64,000 nucleotides of DNA from Candidatus Aminicenantes bacterium (GTDB lineage Bacteria > Acidobacteriota > Aminicenantia > UBA2199). The notes under the pieces are model-generated. The model ran no database searches. It saw nothing but the letters and a program-made list of their open reading frames with translations, and had not been told where the DNA came from. A program made the translations under genes and the position numbers. How positions within the stretch are numbered: the first letter of the stretch is position 1; each line of letters starts with the position of its first letter. Where the stretch lies: positions 448,682-512,681 of the forward strand of contig CAWHBG010000001.1 of assembly GCA_963827565.1 (NCBI GenBank), read 5' to 3'. Shown one piece after another: positions 1-8,779 of the stretch.

Positions 1-268
1 CCTGTTTCCTTTCCCAATGACATGCTTCACACCTGTCGGGTGTGTTTTTTATTACTCCGTTTATGTGGCATTCGGAGCAGGGTACGGTTCTATGCTTACC
101 GACTAAAGGGAAATTTGTATTATCATGTGATTTTACAGTGAACTTTTCTTTCTCAGCATTCAGGTCAATATCAGATAAGAATAATGATAATAATGTAATA
201 AGCAATAATAGCTGAATAAAAATCACGTATCTGACAATATTATATTTTTTTAACTTGGATTTGTTCAT
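1..268 (-). CDS. multiheme c-type cytochrome, N-terminal fragment (gene continues past the left edge)
   Basis: My own minus-strand translation from ATG 268-266 gives MNKSKLKKYNIVRYVIFIQLLLLITLLSLFLSD...FPLVGKHRTVPCSECHINGVIKNTPDRCEACHWERKQ, open to position 1. It has a hydrophobic N-terminal signal/anchor and two CXXCH motifs in 89 aa. Its ATG overlaps the TGA of the upstream barrel gene (ATGA at 265-268). It is absent from the ORF track because it has no stop inside the window. Confidence 0.7.
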   Translation of the reverse strand, partial: MNKSKLKKYNIVRYVIFIQLLLLITLLSLFLSDIDLNAEKEKFTVKSHDNTNFPLVGKHRTVPCSECHINGVIKNTPDRCEACHWERKQ

Positions 269-1575
269 TTTTTCACCTTATTTTGTCTCTTTCTGTAGAT
301 CATTCTGAGAAAGAACTGATGATCATTGAAGCCTTTGGAAAATGAGAACGAGTACTCCATTGAGAATGCCAGGGACCTGTTAAGATAGTAGAAAAGGTCT
401 GCGGTCAATGTTCTCCTGTCAGGATGGAAAATAATTTCTGGCGTGTTGATGTTTACAAACCTGATACTGTTGAAATAACTCGAAAAACTCAGACTGCCGG
501 AGATCCGGTTTAAATTACGGGATATGGAAAAACGATATGAATCTGATTCAGAGAGGTCTCCTCTGTTCAAAGTATAGTTACCGTATATTCCAAATCCCGA
601 ATTAAATAAATTCGCTGATGATATTCCGAATCTCATTGAATCATTCTTGATTTTTTCATCTTTCTGTTCGCTGAACCGTTTTGAGAGATGAATCCTTAGA
701 TTTTTTATAGGTGTGACTGTTAATCTTACTCCGTAGGTTTCGCTGTAATAGAACCTTTCTATATCAGATATTCTCAAGATTGGATTCATAGAGAGATCAA
801 GAATGAATTGATGATAGTCAATACCTTTCCCGGAACTGTAATTAAAATTTATCGATACCATTTTAAAAGGATCTATCCTTGTGTTTACAAACAGCCGGCT
901 TATTCTGTCTTCACTTCTCAGACCTTCCTTTAGCTCATATTCAATACTCCCGTATAAAATAATCTTTGAAGATACAGGGAATAGTGTGTTAGCGTAAACA
1001 TATTCCCTTTCAGTCTGTCCGTCATATTGAAGCTTGTTATAGCTAAGTGAGATTCTTCTTGCTTTTTTCCCTTTAAAGGTTGTAAAGAATCCGTATTTCC
1101 TGTAGTTCAGGTCCCATCTGGAATTATAGATTTCAGGATTGAGGCCGCCATATGCTCCAATCGATAGTTCATCTTTTAGTCTAAAGCCTGCGAGGATCCC
1201 TGTCAGCTCACCTATTCCTGCTGTATCATACAGGTTCATTTGCCCGAGTGTGAAAAATATCCGTCTACTGGTGTTGTTGAATGATATATTTGAATTATAA
1301 ATAATGAACTGATTGCTCCCGCCGTCTCCGAGAGTTGTTCTGTTCCGGATGTCAAAAGAGAGTGTCCATCCATCTCCCGGCCTTTTTAAAAGTTCCAGTT
1401 TAAGTCTGCTGCTGAGCCGGTTATAGAATTCTGTATCGGTTGATTTGAATCCCATCCAATCCTGATAAAGGGCAGAATTTATATATATGTTCCCAGCGAG
1501 GTTTGAATTCAGCAGGAGCAGTGTTGAAAAAATGAGGGTGAAAAAAAATGAAGCTGATATTTTTAAATTGATCAT
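265..1575 (-). CDS. predicted outer-membrane beta-barrel (porin-like) protein flanked by cytochromes
   Basis: Track ORF 265..1641. The likely true start is the internal ATG at 1575 (MINLKISASFFFTLIFSTLLLLNSNLAG, signal-peptide-like), 4 nt after the stop of the upstream cytochrome. The remaining ~410 aa are alternating-polarity Y/F/S/N/G-rich stretches typical of beta strands (YRFSISRNLNRISGSLSFSSYF, LTADLFYYLNRSLAFSMEYSFSFS). There is no cofactor motif. Confidence 0.5.
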   Translation of the reverse strand: MINLKISASFFFTLIFSTLLLLNSNLAGNIYINSALYQDWMGFKSTDTEFYNRLSSRLKLELLKRPGDGWTLSFDIRNRTTLGDGGSNQFIIYNSNISFNNTSRRIFFTLGQMNLYDTAGIGELTGILAGFRLKDELSIGAYGGLNPEIYNSRWDLNYRKYGFFTTFKGKKARRISLSYNKLQYDGQTEREYVYANTLFPVSSKIILYGSIEYELKEGLRSEDRISRLFVNTRIDPFKMVSINFNYSSGKGIDYHQFILDLSMNPILRISDIERFYYSETYGVRLTVTPIKNLRIHLSKRFSEQKDEKIKNDSMRFGISSANLFNSGFGIYGNYTLNRGDLSESDSYRFSISRNLNRISGSLSFSSYFNSIRFVNINTPEIIFHPDRRTLTADLFYYLNRSLAFSMEYSFSFSKGFNDHQFFLRMIYRKRQNKVKK

Positions 1576-1579
1576 TATT

Positions 1580-2134
1580 TCATCTTCTCCAATTATCAAC
1601 AGTCCATGAAATTTCGTCATGACATGAAGTGCAATTATCATTTATTCCGGGGTGTGGAGGCTCATGACAGGTAATACACCCACTCTTCAGATATAGATAA
1701 CCTGTAAAATTTTTTCTTCCAACTGTCAGTTCGGGGGAGTGGCATTTTCTGCATTTATCTATCCTGCTGTGACTTCCCTTAAGTTCGAAACCTGTCTCTG
1801 AATGGTCAAAATCTTTCTCATCCAATTCTATTATTTTTGCTTTACGCCCCTGATGTTCAGTGTGGCATGTTCCGCAATCTTCGGCTTTATCGCGGTGGTA
1901 TCCCCTTTTGCCCCGAATCCTCGAAGCTATCTCTTTGTGGCAGTCGAGACATTTTACGGGATCGGCCTCCCCGGGAACTGAATGGCATATTGAGCATTTC
2001 ATGCTCCCCGGTTTGTAATGGGACATGCTGAGATCTCCGGGGGAATTGCTCTTTCCTGTTTCAATCCCATATAAACTTAACAAAAAAATTATACAGAGCC
2101 ATGTAAAGGCTGATCTATTTAAATTTTTTCTCAT
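1580..2134 (-). CDS. secreted hexaheme c-type cytochrome
   Basis: Six CXXCH motifs (CSICH, CLDCH, CGTCH, CRKCH, CITCH, CTSCH). A signal peptide follows Met-11 (MRKNLNRSAFTWLCIIFLLSLYG). An AAGGGG ribosome-binding site lies just 5' of ATG 2134, so I prefer that start over the track start at 2164. Confidence 0.85.
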   Translation of the reverse strand: MRKNLNRSAFTWLCIIFLLSLYGIETGKSNSPGDLSMSHYKPGSMKCSICHSVPGEADPVKCLDCHKEIASRIRGKRGYHRDKAEDCGTCHTEHQGRKAKIIELDEKDFDHSETGFELKGSHSRIDKCRKCHSPELTVGRKNFTGYLYLKSGCITCHEPPHPGINDNCTSCHDEISWTVDNWRR

Positions 2135-2183
2135 CCCCTTGAAAAACTTTTTTAATATCACCAAAAAGGTAATGTTAATATTT

Positions 2184-2211
2184 ATTATAATATAAAAAAA
2201 AGAAAATTCAA
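2184..2211 (-). promoter_or_regulatory. candidate sigma-70 promoter of the cytochrome/barrel operon
   Basis: The minus strand reads TTGAAT (2211-2206), a 16-nt spacer, then TATAAT (2189-2184). This is about 50 nt upstream of ATG 2134. The call is by sequence pattern only. Confidence 0.35.
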
Positions 2212-2255
2212 CCTATATTGTGAAAAAATAACAAAAAAATTTGAGATGAGAGTTA

Positions 2256-2882
2256 TTATGAAAAAAGGTTTTTAACTGCTGATATTATCTGCTCACGATT
2301 CATCCATACTTGATATGAAAGATAGCAATATAAAACTGAACCGGCCAGATATAGAGCGTAGGGATTCTTGAGCATCCCTCTGAACAGTTTTAGGAAGATC
2401 ACATTTATCAGGAACAATAATAGTGCGGGGATAATGTACAGCCCCAATACCGTAAAATGGGGTTTCCACCCCGGATCGATTCTGTGTCCCGCATCGTTAA
2501 CACATGTCATCCGGGCCTGGGTGTATGTTTCCCCCGGCACCGGATTCACGGTCCGTACCCACACTTCCCCCCTGTATCCATCGGGGCATACAATCGGGCC
2601 GGTAATCTCCAGAATATCATGATTATAAATTACTCCGACACTCATCAGCATAAAAGCGAACCAGATCAATACCACTATGGGAAGGAATATCCATTTTTTT
2701 CTGTATGAGGGAAAGGAGAATGCAAGAGGGACAAATACAGCGAGGAATTTCCATGTTGAAAAGGAATCAAATGTATATATGGAGAATACTACAAAAGCTA
2801 CAGCAGTATATAAGAGGATCCTTGATTTAGCTTTTGATGCTTCCTGATAATTCTCTTTAATATTTTGATTATTATATTCCAT
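2256..2882 (-). CDS. hypothetical polytopic membrane protein with a Cys-containing loop
   Basis: Track ORF 2256..2909; the likely start is Met-10 (MEYNNQ, 2882). It has several hydrophobic helices and an apparently extracytoplasmic loop (GPIVCPDGYRGEVWVRTVNPVPGETYTQARMTCVNDAGHRIDPGW). I recognise no family. Confidence 0.4.
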   Translation of the reverse strand: MEYNNQNIKENYQEASKAKSRILLYTAVAFVVFSIYTFDSFSTWKFLAVFVPLAFSFPSYRKKWIFLPIVVLIWFAFMLMSVGVIYNHDILEITGPIVCPDGYRGEVWVRTVNPVPGETYTQARMTCVNDAGHRIDPGWKPHFTVLGLYIIPALLLFLINVIFLKLFRGMLKNPYALYLAGSVLYCYLSYQVWMNREQIISAVKNLFS

Positions 2883-3237
2883 CGATGATCTCCTTCTTCT
2901 TTGCTTCATATTCAGACATGGTTATAAGGTTCTTGTCATAAAGGTCTGCAAGTTCCCTGAGCCTTTTTTCTTCTGTTTTACCAGTTGAAGCATAGCTTCT
3001 CATCTTTCCGGATTTTCTGTATTTCCTGAAAAGTTCTCTTTTCTCTGCAAGGGTCACCGGTTTTAATAAAAGAGATTTCCGGGCTCTGTTCCCCATCAGA
3101 TTTATAACTATATTCAGGATTATTAAAACACCTCCGATGATATAGATTTTATGCTCAGAGCTGTTCATAAGGTTATAAAAAGGGGCGGCAAGAACAATAG
3201 AAAGAAGAAAGCGGTGGATTATAGATGATAAGTTCAT
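2872..3237 (-). CDS. small membrane protein with C-terminal SHOCT-like domain
   Basis: The start is chosen at MNLSSII (3237), preceded by GGGGGGAGG. It has two TM helices followed by LRELADLYDKNLITMSEYEAKKKEII, which matches the short C-terminal SHOCT pattern. It overlaps the next gene by 11 nt. Confidence 0.5.
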   Translation of the reverse strand: MNLSSIIHRFLLSIVLAAPFYNLMNSSEHKIYIIGGVLIILNIVINLMGNRARKSLLLKPVTLAEKRELFRKYRKSGKMRSYASTGKTEEKRLRELADLYDKNLITMSEYEAKKKEIIDGI

Positions 3238-3287
3238 AATTCCTCCCCCCGGATTATACATTTAATCAGAAAAAAAAAATATATTTA

Positions 3288-3337
3288 TTGAAAACAGGAG
3301 AAAACTGTATTATACTTAAAGCGAACAAAAAGCGAAC
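3288..3337 (+). promoter_or_regulatory. sigma-70 promoter plus direct-repeat LexA-type operator (GAAC-N7-GAAC)
   Basis: TTGAAA (3288-3293), a 17-nt spacer, TATACT (3311-3316), 4 nt, then GCGAACAAAAAGCGAAC (3321-3337), and ATG at 3343. The operator matches the one in front of lexA (23385-23401) at 16 of 17 positions, at the same distance from the -10 element. Confidence 0.65.
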
Positions 3338-3342
3338 AGTAT

Positions 3343-5778
3343 ATGAAATATATTCCATTAAGGGTTTATTCGGTTTTTTCAAGAGGGAAAGGGGCTGTTT
3401 TACCTTCCGGACTTGCATCACTGATGAAGAGGGGAGCGGGGGTAATGGCGGTTACCGACCCTTTCTCTTTTCTGGCCTGGGAAAAATTCTACAGGGAGGC
3501 AAGGGATAACGGGCTGAGATTTCTCCCGGGAATGGAAATATCTATCAGAGGTTCAGGATCCTTTCTCCTCTTCCCGCGTAGCCCTGAAGGGTATTTTTCG
3601 GTTGTTTCATCCTACAATAAAAAAAAACTTACCTCTATGAAGGAGGTCTCAGCTGTCTTAATACCCGGCATTATAAGGGGGGATATCTCCAAAGCGTTCA
3701 ACAATATCAGAGATAGGATGGCAGGAGGGGATATATATTTTGGACTCGAATGGAATAGTGACCGGAGGCATCTCGAGTATGCGGAGAAGGAACGGATACC
3801 GGTGGTCTGGGCAAATTCCCTCAGGTGGACCGGATCTCCGGATAGTTACAAAGTTGTATCCTCTGTGTTCCGGCATCTCCCGTCCGGCGAAGCAGACAGT
3901 GATCCGCAGATTCCCTTATACGGGCCTCTCAGTTACAGCGCAATAATAAAAAGGTGGGGAAGGTCCGGCCGGGAGGCCATGAAAAATACATTTGTTCTTG
4001 CGGATAGTGTCCACTTTGATTTTGCAGAAGACTTTGGGACAACTCTTGGAAGATCGCCCGTTAAGGGAAATGGAAGCAGCCATTCGGGCAGACTCCGCGC
4101 TATCGTAGAGAGGGAGCTTGAGAATATCCGAGCGGATGCCGGATCAAAGGCAAGGGCCGAACAGGAACTGGCAAAGATAGATGAACTGGGATTTTCCCCA
4201 TATTTTCTGATTGCCGAAGAAATAACCCGTTTCTGCAGAAATAATGGGATCTATTTTAATATACGGGGCTCCGGCGGTTCATCGTATGTGTTGTTCCTGC
4301 TGGGGTTGTCCAGGGTGAATCCGATGTACCATAATCTTCTGTTCGAACGATTTGTGAACACACACCGTGATGAACTTCCCGATATAGATATTGATATAGA
4401 TTCCTCCCGCAGAGGTGAGGTACTTAAATGGGTATTCAAAAGTTTCCCCGGGAAAGTGGCATTTATATCCACTCATAAATTCTTCAGGGGTAGATCTGCA
4501 TTATATGAGGTTGCCCGAAGTAATGGTTTTGATCCTGAAGAATCACACCGGATGAGCAAGGAGATTGATATATTCGCTTCTCCTTCTGAATTGAAGGGTA
4601 GGGGTACCGGAAAGATAAGGGAAATAAATGATAAAGCTTCAACGCTGAAAAATGTGTATAAAGAGTTATCCCTTCATCTTGGGGGAGTTATTTTTTCCGA
4701 AAAAAATATAAGGGAATCATTTCCCGTTGAAGTGTCGCCTCACGGATTTGATCAGATCGCATGGGATAAGGACACGGTGGAGAGATTGAAGATATTCAAA
4801 CTGGACCTTCTAGGAGTCAGAGGATTTGATGTTATATCTCCTTACGTGTTCGGAAACAGCATAGATTTTAAAGATGATCTTGTGTGGAGCGCCATAAAGC
4901 GGGCTGCGACAAAGGGGTGTTTTCAACTGGAGAGCCCTCTTGCCAGAGAAAATCTTCTTAAGGCGGCCCCCTCCAGCCTTGAGGAACTTGCCATATCCAT
5001 CGCGATAATAAGACCGGGACCGGCAAAATCGGGAATGAAAAAAGCCTATCTTGAAAAGAGTGAACCTTTCCACCCTCTGTTAGGGAAGATTTTTCCATAC
5101 ACCAGAGGGGCATTGATATATGAGGAGCAGATATCGATCCTCATTCATCATGTGACCGGATGGGATCTTGAAGTGTCTGAGAAAGTGAGGCGGAGCCTGA
5201 AAAAGAGGAAAGGAGAAGAATTCAGAGAGGGGTTCCTTGTCTCCGGGAGGGGAAAGGGATGGAGTGACCAGGAACTTGCAAAGTTCTGGAAAATGTCCTC
5301 AGACTTTTCACTCTACGCTTTTAATAATGCTCATAGTATTTCCTATGCATATTCAGCCTATGTTTCCGCATGGATGAGGACCAGGTTCCCGGTACGCTTT
5401 TTCTCCCGCCTTTTCAATTCCGGGGGAGGTTATTATCCTCTTCCTGTATATATCGAAGAGGCAAAGAACTGCGGGTTGAAAATTCTTCCTCCCGATATTA
5501 ACAGGAGCAGTATAGGATTTACCGAGGAGGAAGGGATGATAAGGACCGGCCTTATATTCATAAAAGGAATAGGAAGAAAATCATCTTCCCTGATCCTTAA
5601 GGAGAGGGGGAAGGGCTATATCGGCCTGGAAGATTTTATCAACAGAACCGGAACAGGTGAGAGGGATCTCTCCGCCCTTATGGCGGTCTCCGCCTTCAGT
5701 TCGATCGGTTATAACGGATTCTCAGAAGAGGAATTAAAGAAGAACTGGAACGACTACCTCGGATTCTTTCCTGAATGA
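3343..5778 (+). CDS. DNA polymerase III alpha-family protein, short DnaE2/ImuC-like form (putatively SOS-regulated)
   Basis: 811 aa. The Pol III alpha palm is present: FNIRGSGGSSYVLFLLGLSRVNPMYHNLLFERFVNTHRDELPDIDIDIDSSRR. A downstream NAHSISYAY and an HhH-like IKGIG follow. The N-terminal PHP region lacks the HxH ligands (LRVYSVFS where LHVHSxYS is usual). The protein ends soon after the HhH region, so it seems to lack the OB-fold/C-terminal part. Confidence 0.8.
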   Translation: MKYIPLRVYSVFSRGKGAVLPSGLASLMKRGAGVMAVTDPFSFLAWEKFYREARDNGLRFLPGMEISIRGSGSFLLFPRSPEGYFSVVSSYNKKKLTSMKEVSAVLIPGIIRGDISKAFNNIRDRMAGGDIYFGLEWNSDRRHLEYAEKERIPVVWANSLRWTGSPDSYKVVSSVFRHLPSGEADSDPQIPLYGPLSYSAIIKRWGRSGREAMKNTFVLADSVHFDFAEDFGTTLGRSPVKGNGSSHSGRLRAIVERELENIRADAGSKARAEQELAKIDELGFSPYFLIAEEITRFCRNNGIYFNIRGSGGSSYVLFLLGLSRVNPMYHNLLFERFVNTHRDELPDIDIDIDSSRRGEVLKWVFKSFPGKVAFISTHKFFRGRSALYEVARSNGFDPEESHRMSKEIDIFASPSELKGRGTGKIREINDKASTLKNVYKELSLHLGGVIFSEKNIRESFPVEVSPHGFDQIAWDKDTVERLKIFKLDLLGVRGFDVISPYVFGNSIDFKDDLVWSAIKRAATKGCFQLESPLARENLLKAAPSSLEELAISIAIIRPGPAKSGMKKAYLEKSEPFHPLLGKIFPYTRGALIYEEQISILIHHVTGWDLEVSEKVRRSLKKRKGEEFREGFLVSGRGKGWSDQELAKFWKMSSDFSLYAFNNAHSISYAYSAYVSAWMRTRFPVRFFSRLFNSGGGYYPLPVYIEEAKNCGLKILPPDINRSSIGFTEEEGMIRTGLIFIKGIGRKSSSLILKERGKGYIGLEDFINRTGTGERDLSALMAVSAFSSIGYNGFSEEELKKNWNDYLGFFPE

Positions 5779-5924
5779 ATTTATTTCGAATATTATTAAA
5801 TTGTGAACATAATTAATTTATAATATACTGTTTTCTGGTGAATAATAGAAGTATTGCAGAACAGCTCTGTAAATAAACCTTCAATGATCTGAAGGATAAA
5901 ATTTTTCGAATGATCAGCACTTAA

Positions 5925-8774
5925 ATGAAAGAAGAAATCAGAGAAACGAAGAAGATCAGATCCGATATTTATATAAAAAAAAATCATGCTCTTACTTTCT
6001 CTGAAGATCAAATAATTAATTCAAGGTACAGGATAATTGAAAAAATTGGTTCCGGTGGTTTTGGGAGTGTTTTCCGGGCAACTGATATTTTGTTGAAAAA
6101 AGATGTGGCTTTAAAATTTCTTGATCCGGGCATCAGGGAGAATCACAAAAAATTCATAAGGGTTCAGAGGGAGATCAATATATCCCAGAAAATATCTGAT
6201 GAAAGAATTGTGAAAATATTCGGTATTGATTTCATGGATAATACACCTTTCCTTATAATGGAATTTATTGAAGGGACTAACCTGAAAACATTTATAAAGA
6301 AAAATAGACTCTTAAAATGGATAGACTTTAAATCCTTTTATATTGAGATATTAAACGGGATAAAGTCACTTCATGATAATAATATTATTCACAGGGATAT
6401 TAAACCTTCCAATATCATTATTACATCCGCAGGAAAAATTAAAATAATTGATTTCGGATTATCAAAAGAGCTTGATGATACTGAAAAAACCTCATCTGTT
6501 GGTGAGATGATCGGATCACCCAAATATATGTCACCTGAACAGATCAAAGGAGTTAAACTTGATCAAACTTCTGATATTTATCAACTGGGTTTGATCCTTT
6601 ACTATATTCTAAATCCCGTAAATGAAGGCGAACATGACAGTTCAACAATTGAACAGTTGATGAAAAGAATTAATTCAGACCCGAGAAAAATGTATAAATT
6701 TATTTCCCCTGTATCCCGCTTCTTAAAATCGGGCATTTACAAAGCGATCGAAACTGAAAAAGATTTCAGATTCCAGTCGATAGATGAAATGATAAATTTT
6801 TTTAATTTTGAGAAAATAACTCTGCTTAATACAATATCAAATTTTATTAGAAGGAAGAAAAGTTTTGTTTCTGTTTTAATAAGCTTGATCCTTTTACTGT
6901 CATTGTCTGCAATATTTTATTTCAAAAATTCAGATATTATATCTGATATTAACTTTAATGGCTCAGAAATCATTGCTTCCAATAGTTTTGGCTCCGAATT
7001 ATATAAAAAAAACTTTGCTCCAATGTCAGTACTTAATGCATTGCCCATGGAGATTGACGGTGATTTCAGGAGATTGAGACTGAGAGTTGATAAAAAGAGT
7101 TATTTAAACAGCAAAGAAAAAATTGGTGTAGTCTTTCTTACAAAAAAGAATTTATATAAAGATATAGTAAAACTCTCAATTAAATCAGAAAATTTTTCAA
7201 GCAGTGTAGCTCTGGTTAATAATATGGGAAAAATTCTTCATCATCAGAATTTTCACCTGGAAAATAATCAAATGAAAAAATCATTATTTTCCGGATGGAT
7301 GGATTTTAATGATATCAAATGTCAGGATCTGAACGCGGATAAAAAAAATGAAATAATTTTTACAACTTTTCAGAATATGAGTATGTATCCATCCGAACTT
7401 TGCATTCTGAATAATAAAGATTTTCATATTCTACAGAGTCCGGGTCATATAGAGCATTATTATTTTTATAATGATATAAGTAATGACCCCAGGGTTCTTT
7501 TTACCGGTATGAATAATCCCTTTTGTCATTTAAAGTTTATTTGTGATACAAATGTAAATAATATCAACAGTATTCATTTACCTCCTTCCCTTCTTGAGAA
7601 TATAGTGCTTGGCATCCCAAAATTTTCATACATGCTCATTCCACACAAAACTGAGATTTTAGAAAACAGGTGGGTCGAACAAGGTATAATTTCTTTCAAA
7701 TCTCAAATTGATGGCAGGGTATTTAAATTAAATAAAGAATGGGAATTGAGTATAACTGATGCTACTGGTACCAGGACCTATAAAGACAAACCTCAGAAGA
7801 TATCTGATATGATCTATTTCCTGAATCGCGCTTATCAGAAAAAAATTGAAAAAAGAAGCAGCAATAATCCATTTTATGAAATCAGTAAAGCTTTAAAACT
7901 AAACATTTCTAATCCGATTTTTCTTGCCCTAACAAATTATCTGGCAGGCGATCTGTATTTAAGTTCAGGATATTATTCCAAGGCTGAAGAGTATTTTAAT
8001 ATATCCAACAGCTTTCTTTCCAATAATATAGACCTAAATCAGAAAATATCAGAATTATACTTTTTGTCAGGCCAGAAAAAAAAACTACAGAGAGAAATTG
8101 AGAAAAATTCATTTGATCGCTCAAAATTTTTCGGGCTTGGTAATTTCGGGATTAAATTATTTAAAGTATATGTTTATCTGAATTCAGGTGACTTCAGATC
8201 TGCTACGGATCTATCCGGTGATTATAGTAAAGCCACAGATTACATTAAAGGTATGATATCTATCTTCAAAGGAGACTATAAAAATTCACTAAATGAAACA
8301 TCACGTCTCATAGGTAGACGTTCTACTCCTTTTACACTTTCAGAAGCACGATTGTTGTTTTCAAGATCAGTTCTCCTGAACTATATATTCAATAATAATA
8401 GTAGTCTAATTAAACATGAAGATGTAAAACTTGCAGATTTTTACTTCTCAGATATTGCAGTTAATTCTATTCTGGATGGTCATCTCGCAGCTATGTCCAG
8501 AGCATATTTTATGGCCTTGAAGGGAGATCTTTTGAATTCAGAAAAATATGCTGATGAAACTTTAAAAAAACTTTTACAGGATAGCAAAGGGGATATGTTT
8601 ACAAAATTGTGGTTGTTTTATGATTCATTTATATACTCAAAAATTATGGAAATAACAGGTAATATTAGAAAGGAATTGAAAGGATATAAAATTTCATATG
8701 AATCAAATCCTTATTCTGATCTGGGAGTAAAATCTAAAGCAATGATAAGTAGATTAAAGAGAAAAAAACTATAA
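5925..8774 (+). CDS. membrane Ser/Thr protein kinase with large non-cytoplasmic C-terminal region (paralog 1)
   Basis: 949 aa. Hanks kinase motifs are present: GSGGFGSVFRA, VALKFL, HRDIKPSNII, DFGLSKE, SPKYMSPEQ. One TM helix (FVSVLISLILLLSLSAIFYF) is followed by ~600 aa of unknown fold ending in TPR-like helices. Confidence 0.85.
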   Translation: MKEEIRETKKIRSDIYIKKNHALTFSEDQIINSRYRIIEKIGSGGFGSVFRATDILLKKDVALKFLDPGIRENHKKFIRVQREINISQKISDERIVKIFGIDFMDNTPFLIMEFIEGTNLKTFIKKNRLLKWIDFKSFYIEILNGIKSLHDNNIIHRDIKPSNIIITSAGKIKIIDFGLSKELDDTEKTSSVGEMIGSPKYMSPEQIKGVKLDQTSDIYQLGLILYYILNPVNEGEHDSSTIEQLMKRINSDPRKMYKFISPVSRFLKSGIYKAIETEKDFRFQSIDEMINFFNFEKITLLNTISNFIRRKKSFVSVLISLILLLSLSAIFYFKNSDIISDINFNGSEIIASNSFGSELYKKNFAPMSVLNALPMEIDGDFRRLRLRVDKKSYLNSKEKIGVVFLTKKNLYKDIVKLSIKSENFSSSVALVNNMGKILHHQNFHLENNQMKKSLFSGWMDFNDIKCQDLNADKKNEIIFTTFQNMSMYPSELCILNNKDFHILQSPGHIEHYYFYNDISNDPRVLFTGMNNPFCHLKFICDTNVNNINSIHLPPSLLENIVLGIPKFSYMLIPHKTEILENRWVEQGIISFKSQIDGRVFKLNKEWELSITDATGTRTYKDKPQKISDMIYFLNRAYQKKIEKRSSNNPFYEISKALKLNISNPIFLALTNYLAGDLYLSSGYYSKAEEYFNISNSFLSNNIDLNQKISELYFLSGQKKKLQREIEKNSFDRSKFFGLGNFGIKLFKVYVYLNSGDFRSATDLSGDYSKATDYIKGMISIFKGDYKNSLNETSRLIGRRSTPFTLSEARLLFSRSVLLNYIFNNNSSLIKHEDVKLADFYFSDIAVNSILDGHLAAMSRAYFMALKGDLLNSEKYADETLKKLLQDSKGDMFTKLWLFYDSFIYSKIMEITGNIRKELKGYKISYESNPYSDLGVKSKAMISRLKRKKL

Positions 8775-8779
8775 ACCGT

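Noticed and set aside
5779-5924. Searched for further LexA boxes, including the E. coli-type CTGT-N8-ACAG (for example TACTGTTTTCTGGTG at about 5828) and additional GCGAAC pairs
   Set aside because: The candidate lacks the second half-site. I found no further GAAC-N7-GAAC pair in intergenic DNA by eye, although this scan was not exhaustive.
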